From Alphaproteobacteria bacterium (lineage in GTDB: Bacteria > Pseudomonadota > Alphaproteobacteria > GCA-2731375), in NCBI GenBank assembly GCA_965232515.1, contig CBDDPY010000002.1, positions 1,696,001-1,760,000 of the forward strand: DNA of 64,000 nt. Reading direction: 5' to 3'. Of this stretch, positions 57,110-64,000 are shown in pieces. Under the pieces are notes generated by a model, which worked only from the letters and a program-made list of their open reading frames with translations, did no database searches and was not told where the DNA came from. Each line of letters begins with the position of its first letter. The first letter of the stretch is position 1. The position numbers were made by a program, and so were the translations under genes.

Positions 57110-57625
57110 TCAGGCGGCGGTGACGTTGTAGGAAGCGTTGATCGCCGGCGCATTGCGCATGGACTGCAGCACCACGCAATAGCGTTCGGTCAGCTTCAAC
57201 AGCGTGTCGAGCTGTTCGGCCGGCGCGTCGGTATCGAGGTCGAAGCGCAGGCGGATATCGCGGAAGCCGACCGGCGCCTCCTTCTCGACGCCGAGCGTGC
57301 CGCGGGCATCGATGTCCCCCTCGGCGTGCACCGTGCCGCCACGCAGATCGATCTCCATCGCCGTCGCCACGGCGCGCAGGGTGACGCCGGCGCAGGCCAC
57401 CAGCGCCTCCAGCAGCATGTCTCCGGAGCAGGCGAAGCTGCCGTCGCCGCCGGCCATGGGATGCAGGCCCGCCTCGACCAGCGCCCGGCCGGTATCGACC
57501 GAACAGGTGATGCCGTCACCGTCGAGCCGGCCTTCCGCCGTCAGCCGTATGACCGCCGTGTCGGGGTCCTCGCGATAGCGCTGCTTGATCGGCGCCTGCA
57601 GGGCGCGCAGGTCATCGGCCTTCAT
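57110..57625 (-). CDS. OsmC family protein
   Basis: GLHP..GG, LEALVACAG, TERYCVV. Confidence 0.85.
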   Translation of the reverse strand: MKADDLRALQAPIKQRYREDPDTAVIRLTAEGRLDGDGITCSVDTGRALVEAGLHPMAGGDGSFACSGDMLLEALVACAGVTLRAVATAMEIDLRGGTVHAEGDIDARGTLGVEKEAPVGFRDIRLRFDLDTDAPAEQLDTLLKLTERYCVVLQSMRNAPAINASYNVTAA

Positions 57626-57656
57626 GACATCTCCCTTTGTTTTGGTTGCGCCGCGG

Positions 57657-58643
57657 TCAGATCAGCCCGGCCAGCGGCGACGACGGATCGGCGTATTTCT
57701 TTTTCGCCATGCGGCCGGCGAGATAGGCGTCGCGGCCGGCCTGCACGGCATGCTTCATGGCCCGGGCCATGCGGATCGGGTCCTTGGCCTCCGCGATGGC
57801 CGTGTTCATCAGCACGCCGTCGCAGCCGAGCTCCATGGCGATGGTCGCATCCGACGCCGTGCCGACGCCGGCATCGACGATCACCGGCACGTCAGCGTTC
57901 TCGACGATGATGCGGATGTTCACCGGGTTCTGGATGCCGAGGCCCGAGCCGATCGGCGCGCCCAGCGGCATGATGGCGCAACAGCCGATCTCTTCCAGGC
58001 GCTTGGCCTGGATCGGATCGTCATTGCAATAGACCATGACCTGGAAACCTTCGCCGATCAGCATTTCCGCCGCGCGGAGCGTCTCCGGCATGTTCGGATA
58101 GAGCGTCTTCTGGTCGCCCAGCACTTCCAGCTTCACCAGGTCCCAGCCGCCGGCCTCGCGCGCCAGCCGCAGCGTCCGCACCGCGTCCTCGCCCGTGAAG
58201 CAACCGGCCGTGTTCGGCAGATAGATGAATTTCTTCGGGTCGATATGATCGACCAGCATCTCCTTGGCCGGATCGGAGATATTGACCCGGCGCACCGCCA
58301 CGGTGACCATCTCGCTGCCGGCCGCCTCGGCGGCGCGACGGTTCTGGTCATAGCTTTCGTACTTGCCGGTGCCGATGATCAGGCGCGAGGTCATGCGCCG
58401 GCCGGCCACGGCCCAGGTATCGTCATCGGCATCGGCCTTGGCGTCGCCGCCGCCGATGAAATGCACGATCTCCAACCGGTCGCCGTCGCCGACCACGGTC
58501 TCCGGATAGGCCGAGCGCGGCACGATCTCCAGATTGCGTTCAAGCGCGATTTTGCGCGAATCCAGCCCCAATTGGTCGAGCAACTGACTGACAGTCATAG
58601 GCGCGACGAAGGCGCGCGCCTCGCCGTTAATGGTCACATTCAT
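57657..58643 (-). CDS. thiG: ThiS-ThiG fusion (sulfur carrier plus thiazole synthase)
   Basis: ThiS domain ends EIVHFIGGG; ThiG motifs [21 protein letters not shown]. Confidence 0.93.
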   Translation of the reverse strand: MNVTINGEARAFVAPMTVSQLLDQLGLDSRKIALERNLEIVPRSAYPETVVGDGDRLEIVHFIGGGDAKADADDDTWAVAGRRMTSRLIIGTGKYESYDQNRRAAEAAGSEMVTVAVRRVNISDPAKEMLVDHIDPKKFIYLPNTAGCFTGEDAVRTLRLAREAGGWDLVKLEVLGDQKTLYPNMPETLRAAEMLIGEGFQVMVYCNDDPIQAKRLEEIGCCAIMPLGAPIGSGLGIQNPVNIRIIVENADVPVIVDAGVGTASDATIAMELGCDGVLMNTAIAEAKDPIRMARAMKHAVQAGRDAYLAGRMAKKKYADPSSPLAGLI

Positions 58644-58789
58644 CGATCGCAGGTCATCCGCAAATAGCCACGATGTCGTGGCGTCTCGGATCAAGTATGG
58701 GGGCGCCGCCGACCGCAATCAACAGCACCCGCCTTTCCAGCACGGCTGCGACACAGTATACAGGCATTCTCTGATTCTTTGCGGTCCCG

Positions 58790-59245
58790 ATGTCTGCAAC
58801 CATCCTTGTCCTGAACGGTCCGAACCTGAACCTTCTCGGCACACGCGAACCGTCGATTTACGGCGCCGAGACGCTGGCCGATGTGGAGGCAAAGCTGACG
58901 GCGTTGGGCCGGGACCGCGGAGTCGGCATCGATTTCCGCCAGTCGAACCACGAGGGCGAGCTGGTCACCTGGATCCAGCAGGCCCGCGATCAGGCCGCCG
59001 CGATCATCATCAACGCCGGCGCCTACACGCATACATCGGTCGCGATTCACGACGCGTTGCGCGCAGCCGCGCTGCCGGTCTGGGAAGTCCATATCTCGAA
59101 CGTTTACCGGCGCGAAACGTTTCGCCACCATTCATATATCAGTGGAATTGCCGAGGGCGTGATCGCCGGGTTCGGCACGCAGGGCTATGTCGCCGCGCTG
59201 GACGCGGCCATCGCGCGTGTCGCCGCAACGCCGTCGCCGTCCTGA
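58790..59245 (+). CDS. aroQ: Type II 3-dehydroquinate dehydratase
   Basis: [26 protein letters not shown]. Confidence 0.96.
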   Translation: MSATILVLNGPNLNLLGTREPSIYGAETLADVEAKLTALGRDRGVGIDFRQSNHEGELVTWIQQARDQAAAIIINAGAYTHTSVAIHDALRAAALPVWEVHISNVYRRETFRHHSYISGIAEGVIAGFGTQGYVAALDAAIARVAATPSPS

Positions 59246-59264
59246 ACAAGGAGAGCGGAGCCCA

Positions 59265-59735
59265 ATGAGCAAGCTCGATGTCGACCAGGGGCTCATTCGC
59301 GAGCTGGCTGGCTTGCTGGAGGATACCGGCTTGTCGGAAATTGAGATTGCCGACAAGGAAAAGCGTCTGCGGGTGGTCCGGCACCAGGCCACGACGGTCG
59401 CCGCCGTGGCGCCCGCGCCGGCTGCCGCCCCTGTCGCTGCCGCGCCGGCCGCCGCCGCGACGGACACCAAGGTCGGCGAGGCCGAGGATTTCGCCAGCCA
59501 TCCGGGCGCGGTCTCCTCGCCGATGGTCGGCACGGCTTATCTCGGCCCCGAGCCGGGCGCGCCAGCCTTCGTCAATATCGGCGAGCAGGTCCGCGAGGGC
59601 CAGACGGTGCTGATCATCGAGGCCATGAAGACCTTTAACGAGATCCCCGCCCCGCGGTCGGGCACTGTCAGCCGGCTCTTCGTCGAGAACGGCACGCCGG
59701 TCGAGTACGGCGCCGTTCTGCTGCTGATCGAGTAG
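59265..59735 (+). CDS. accB: Biotin carboxyl carrier protein
   Basis: Ala/Pro linker, SPMVGT, EAMK. Confidence 0.96.
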   Translation: MSKLDVDQGLIRELAGLLEDTGLSEIEIADKEKRLRVVRHQATTVAAVAPAPAAAPVAAAPAAAATDTKVGEAEDFASHPGAVSSPMVGTAYLGPEPGAPAFVNIGEQVREGQTVLIIEAMKTFNEIPAPRSGTVSRLFVENGTPVEYGAVLLLIE

Positions 59736-59745
59736 ACGCCGCCGC

Positions 59746-61092
59746 ATGTTCGAACGGGTGCTGATCGCCAACCGCGGCGAAATCGCGCTTCGCATCCACC
59801 GGGCCTGCCGTGAGATGGGCATCGAGACGGTGGCCGTGCATTCCACGGCCGACGCCGACGCCATGCATGTGCGGCTGGCCGACGTCAGCGTCTGCATCGG
59901 CCCGCCGCCGGCGAAGGACAGCTATCTGAACATGCCCGCGATCATTGCCGCGGCGGAGATTTCGGGCGCCGACGCCATCCATCCGGGCTACGGCTTCCTG
60001 TCGGAAAACGCCGACTTCGCGGCCATCGTCGAGGAGCACGGCTTCGTCTTCATCGGGCCGACGCCCGAACATATCCGGGTCATGGGCGACAAGGTCGTCG
60101 CCAAGGAGACCATGGTCGAGCTTGGCGTGCCCGTGGTCCCCGGCAGCGACGGCGCCGTGACCGAAGACGACCAGGCGAGGCGCATCGCCGACGAGATCGG
60201 CTACCCCGTCCTGATCAAGGCGGCCGCCGGCGGTGGCGGCCGGGGCATGAAACGGGTCGGCGCCGCCGACGAGCTGTCGGCCGCCCTGTCGGCGGCGCGC
60301 AGCGAGAGCAAGGCCGCCTTCGGCGACGATTCGGTGTATATCGAGAAGTTCCTCGAACTGCCGCGCCATATCGAGCTGCAGGTGTTGGGCGACGGCAAAG
60401 GCGCCGTCGTGCATCTGGGCGAGCGCGACTGCTCGCTGCAGCGCCGGCACCAGAAGGTGCTGGAAGAAGCGCCCTCGCCCGCGCTCAACGAAACGCTGCG
60501 CGGCGAGATCGGCGCCACCGTGGTCGAGGCGCTGGCGAAACTGAAATACCGCGGTGCCGGGACCATCGAGTTCCTTTACGAGAACGGCGCCTTCTACTTC
60601 ATCGAGATGAACACCCGGCTGCAGGTCGAGCATCCCGTGACCGAGGCCGTGACCGGTATCGACATGGTGCGCGAGCAGATCCGGATCGCCGCCGGCGGAC
60701 CGCTGGCGATCGCGCAATCCGACATCTCAACCGTCGGGCACGCCATCGAGTGCCGGATCAATGCCGAGGACGGCTTCACGCTGACCCCGTCCCCCGGCCT
60801 GGTGACCGATTATCATGCGCCGGGCGGCATGGCCGTGCGCGTCGATTCGGGCCTTTATGCCGGTTACATGGTGCCGCCCTACTACGACAATCTGATCGCC
60901 AAGCTGATCGTCTACGGCACGACCCGCAACGAGTGCCTGCTGCGCCTGCGCCGGGCGCTGGAAGAGTTTGTTATTGTCGGCATCGATACCAATATTCCGC
61001 TGCATCTGGCGTTGATCAACGAGCCCGACTTCGTCAACGGCGACTACGACATCCACTGGCTGGAACGGTTCCTGGAACGCCACGCAGCCTGA
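59746..61092 (+). CDS. accC: Biotin carboxylase
   Basis: [33 protein letters not shown]. Confidence 0.97.
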   Translation: MFERVLIANRGEIALRIHRACREMGIETVAVHSTADADAMHVRLADVSVCIGPPPAKDSYLNMPAIIAAAEISGADAIHPGYGFLSENADFAAIVEEHGFVFIGPTPEHIRVMGDKVVAKETMVELGVPVVPGSDGAVTEDDQARRIADEIGYPVLIKAAAGGGGRGMKRVGAADELSAALSAARSESKAAFGDDSVYIEKFLELPRHIELQVLGDGKGAVVHLGERDCSLQRRHQKVLEEAPSPALNETLRGEIGATVVEALAKLKYRGAGTIEFLYENGAFYFIEMNTRLQVEHPVTEAVTGIDMVREQIRIAAGGPLAIAQSDISTVGHAIECRINAEDGFTLTPSPGLVTDYHAPGGMAVRVDSGLYAGYMVPPYYDNLIAKLIVYGTTRNECLLRLRRALEEFVIVGIDTNIPLHLALINEPDFVNGDYDIHWLERFLERHAA

Positions 61093-61107
61093 TTGCGTAT
61101 AACGGTC

Positions 61108-61755
61108 ATGCGTATCACGCCGGAACTTCTGTTGAAGGCATACGCGGCCGGCGTCTTCCCGATGGCGGAGGACCGGCATGACACCCGGCTGTTCTGGGTC
61201 GATCCGGACCGGCGCGGCATCCTGCCGTTGGACAACTTCCATCTGTCCCGACGGTTGCGGCGGACCGTGCGCGGCGGGGCCTACGACATCACGGTCGACA
61301 GCTGCTTCGCCGATGTCGTCGCGGCCTGCGCCGCCTCGCGGCCCGGCCGCGCCAGCACCTGGATCAATGACCAGATCATCGATCTCTACAACGACCTGCA
61401 TGCCCGGAACCACGCCCACAGCGTGGAGGCGTGGTCGGAGGGCAAGCTGGTCGGCGGCCTGTACGGCGTCTCGCTGGGCACCGCGTTCTTCGGCGAAAGC
61501 ATGTTCAGCCAGGCCCGCGATGCCAGCAAGGTGGCGCTGGTGCATCTGGTCGGCCGTTTGATTCGCGGCGGCTATACCCTGCTGGACACCCAGTTCGTGA
61601 CCGAGCATCTGATGCAGTTCGGCACCGTCGAGATCAGCCGCAGCGACTATCGCAAGCGGCTGGACGCGGCGCTCGATCAGTTCGCCGATTTCTCCTGCGG
61701 CGGCGCCTCGCTGTCGGCCGACGAAGTCTTACAGTCGATTACCCAGACATCGTAG
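61108..61755 (+). CDS. aat: Leucyl/phenylalanyl-tRNA-protein transferase
   Basis: [31 protein letters not shown]. Confidence 0.95.
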   Translation: MRITPELLLKAYAAGVFPMAEDRHDTRLFWVDPDRRGILPLDNFHLSRRLRRTVRGGAYDITVDSCFADVVAACAASRPGRASTWINDQIIDLYNDLHARNHAHSVEAWSEGKLVGGLYGVSLGTAFFGESMFSQARDASKVALVHLVGRLIRGGYTLLDTQFVTEHLMQFGTVEISRSDYRKRLDAALDQFADFSCGGASLSADEVLQSITQTS

Positions 61756-62096
61756 ACCGGATGCTCCAGCGCCGAGAGCGCCGGGCTTGAGGCGAACATC
61801 CAACCGCTGAACAGCGGGATCTGCTCGATTTCGCCCGGCCGCTGATCGACGATCTCGAGAAACGCCGCGACCTCGGGCGTCTCCTCCGGCGGCCGCTTGT
61901 TGCAGACCCGGGGCGTGATGCGCAGCGTGCCGAACGGCACCGTCATGTCGATCGGCGCATCGAAGGTCGTGATGCGGGCGGTAATCTTGTCCAACCCACG
62001 CAGAACCACCGCCCGGTCGGCGGACCATGTCACCGCCGGAAACAGGCAGACGCACGCAAGCGCCGCCCACCCAAGGCCACGGCCGACCGGAATCAT
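61677..62096 (-). CDS. DUF2155 family protein
   Basis: [32 protein letters not shown]. Confidence 0.88.
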   Translation of the reverse strand: MIPVGRGLGWAALACVCLFPAVTWSADRAVVLRGLDKITARITTFDAPIDMTVPFGTLRITPRVCNKRPPEETPEVAAFLEIVDQRPGEIEQIPLFSGWMFASSPALSALEHPVYDVWVIDCKTSSADSEAPPQEKSAN

Positions 62097-62118
62097 GTCG
62101 ATTGCAAGGGAGTGTCCG

Positions 62119-62571
62119 TCAGTTGCCGCCACTGCCGGAGCTGTAGATCGCCTTGCCCAGCAGATCGACGAGATCGACCGAACCCTGGGTGAAGCGGATC
62201 TCGTCGCCGGCGGCCAGCACCTCGTCCGCGCCGCCGGGATCGATCGCCAGATAGTTGTCGCCGAGCAGACCGGCGCTCGAGACCTTGATGGCAGAGTCTT
62301 CGGGCAGCTGAATATCGTCAGCCACGGACAGGCGGACCACCGCAAGGAAGCTCTCCGTATCGAGCTCCTGTCCGACGACGGTGCCGATCTTGATGCCGCT
62401 CATGGTGACATCGCTGCCGACCCCGATACCGTCGATTTTCTCGAATTTGGCGACCAGCTCGTACCCCCCGACGGCCTTGATGTCGGCCCGGGTATAGGCG
62501 ATTGCCATGAAAACGCCGGCAACGACCAGCACGACCGCGCCGATCAGCGTCTCGACCAGATTACCGCCCAT
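62119..62571 (-). CDS. mlaD: MlaD/MCE lipid asymmetry protein
   Basis: ETLIGAVV TM segment, GSDV.MSGIKIG, GLLG..Y. Confidence 0.88.
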   Translation of the reverse strand: MGGNLVETLIGAVVLVVAGVFMAIAYTRADIKAVGGYELVAKFEKIDGIGVGSDVTMSGIKIGTVVGQELDTESFLAVVRLSVADDIQLPEDSAIKVSSAGLLGDNYLAIDPGGADEVLAAGDEIRFTQGSVDLVDLLGKAIYSSGSGGN

Positions 62572-62719
62572 GGGACCTCCTGAAACCGTCGTGGAATCGG
62601 CGCGTATTATGCACAGGGCGCCAGGCGCCATCCACCGACAAACCGATGTCGACCGTCGGATAACAGCCGGCGGCTAAAGAATCACTGAATCGTCTCGGCA
62701 GCCGAATCGGCGCGGCGGG

Positions 62720-63067
62720 TTATTCCGGCCGCCAGGCTTCGTAGTCGCCCGTCGCCGCATCGCGTTTGCCCTCGCCGACAAGGCTCCCAGACGGCCGGTA
62801 GGCCGACGTCGTGCCCGTCAGATTCGGGATATGCGTCTGCTCCCAGGACTGGGCATAGGCCGAATCGGCCGATGGCACGTCGTCCGTCGTGTAGTGCAGC
62901 CAGGCATGCCAGGCCGGCGGCACCTTCGACGCCTCGGGCGTGCCCTTGTAAATGACCCAGCGGCGATCGCCGGCTTTCTCGGCATAGTACTGATTGCCGA
63001 ACTCATCCTCGCCGACCAGCTTGCCTTTCCACCAGGTCATCAGGCGGGTGCCGATGGTTGCGCCCAT
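62720..63067 (-). CDS. NADH:ubiquinone oxidoreductase subunit NDUFA12 family
   Basis: GEDEFGN.YY, RRWVIY, EASKVPP.WH.WLH, YEAW.P. Confidence 0.92.
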   Translation of the reverse strand: MGATIGTRLMTWWKGKLVGEDEFGNQYYAEKAGDRRWVIYKGTPEASKVPPAWHAWLHYTTDDVPSADSAYAQSWEQTHIPNLTGTTSAYRPSGSLVGEGKRDAATGDYEAWRPE

Positions 63068-63290
63068 GCGTCGGATTCCATGCTCGTTCGTTGTTGCCGG
63101 CGGGAATATGACACCGGCAGCCGGCGACGTCCAGCAGCCGGAACGACCGGATCGAGGGCGCCAGATTGCGCCGGAACAGCGCTTATCTGGACATATATGG
63201 ATGCTAAGAAGTTACGCAAACGCGAAAATTAACATTAACTACCGCCTCTAGCATACTGTTTTTTCGTGCCAATTAGGGCGTTGGAAGAAA

Positions 63291-63305
63291 TTAACAAAGG
63301 ATTAA
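63291..63305. promoter_or_regulatory. CtrA-type box TTAA-N7-TTAA
   Basis: TTAA CAAAGGA TTAA, exact consensus spacing, between divergent NDUFA12 and nrdJ. Confidence 0.55.
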
Positions 63306-63308
63306 GAC

Positions 63309-63420
63309 CCCCAATATCATGTATGCCGCCATCAAACTGACACAAAATGTCGTTGCGCGGTCATTCCGAATGTGGCTAGATTTTGTTGTTAGGTCAGTGC
63401 CGACACCAAACATATCGTGG
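63309..63420. promoter_or_regulatory. Four tandem NrdR-box-like sites
   Basis: CwAnATnTwG-like cores at 63312, 63343, 63376 and 63408 (spacing 31/33/32 bp) upstream of nrdJ. Confidence 0.7.
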
Positions 63421-63506
63421 TTCGGCCGGCACAACGCGGGGCAGGCGCCCCGGCATCGGGCGCCAGACATCAGCAAATCCGGTCAAGAGAGGTCAAGGAT
63501 AGTTTT

Positions 63507-64000
63507 ATGCGTATTACGCGTCGCTTCACCGAAGAAGGCATGTCGGCCTACCAGGGGATCGCTTTCCGCAACACCAGCAGCGAGATTCGCAACCCTGACG
63601 GCTCCGTCGTATTCAAGCTCGACGACATCGAAGTGCCCGCCGCCTGGAGCCAGGTGGCCTGCGATATTCTGGCGCAGAAGTACTTCAGAAAGGCCGGCGT
63701 GCCGTCGCGCCTGCGGCGGCAGGAGGAAAACGACGTCCCGTCCTGGCTGTGGCGCAGCGTCGCCGACGACGACGCCCTGGCCGATCTGCCGGAGGACGCG
63801 CGCAGCACGAGCGAGACCAGCGCCAAACAGGTATTCGAGCGTCTGGCCGGTACTTGGACCTATTGGGGCTGGAAGGGCGGCTATTTCGACGCCGAGCGCG
63901 ACGCGCGGGCTTTCTTCGACGAGATGTGCCACATGCTGGCCCGCCAGATGGCGGCGCCGAACAGCCCGCAATGGTTCAACACCGGCCTGCATTGGGCTTA
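63507..64000 (+). CDS. nrdJ: Vitamin B12-dependent class II ribonucleotide reductase, 5' part (runs off the window)
   Basis: Hand translation: MRITRRFT...EIRNPDGSVVF...WSQVACDILAQKYFRKAGVP...APNSPQWFNTGLHWA. Confidence 0.93.
   Translation, partial: MRITRRFTEEGMSAYQGIAFRNTSSEIRNPDGSVVFKLDDIEVPAAWSQVACDILAQKYFRKAGVPSRLRRQEENDVPSWLWRSVADDDALADLPEDARSTSETSAKQVFERLAGTWTYWGWKGGYFDAERDARAFFDEMCHMLARQMAAPNSPQWFNTGLHWA

Noticed and set aside
61677-61755. 79-bp convergent overlap of aat and DUF2155
   Set aside because: Short tail overlap in a gene order I recall as common in Alphaproteobacteria; not evidence of a new system

Overview
GC-rich alphaproteobacterial chromosome segment (gene order looks Rhodospirillales-like; this is inference). 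About 65 genes; no rRNA, tRNA, CRISPR array, integrase or transposase was recognised. Core blocks: cysE-iscR-iscS-fdx(-tenA), anmK/tyrS/yhdP-like/bcp, M23 peptidase-bactofilin, prfB (programmed +1 frameshift)-PBP1A-amidase-rne, thiS-thiG fusion, aroQ-accB-accC-aat, DUF2155-mlaD-NDUFA12, and the 5' part of nrdJ. Between them are aromatic-catabolism genes: paaF/G/I/K-like, a two-component flavin hydroxylase plus DUF2783 pair (MhaAB-like), hppD-hmgA-fah with a divergent MarR regulator, and maiA. There are also four PhyH-type Fe/2OG dioxygenases. Most notable observations: (1) a PEP-CTERM surface protein made almost entirely of four near-identical 58-aa repeats; (2) the palindrome TAGTTTC-N4-G(A/C)AACTA in front of both the hydroxylase pair and hppD/marR 46 kb away, suggesting a split homogentisate regulon; (3) a membrane nucleotidyl cyclase with an atypical specificity residue embedded between dioxygenase genes downstream of hmgA/fah; (4) a 23-bp tandem-plus-inverted repeat element; (5) a GGT-fold lipoprotein that appears to lack the catalytic Thr; (6) four phased NrdR-like boxes and a perfect CtrA box upstream of nrdJ. 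All family assignments come from motif recognition by eye; no database searches were run.
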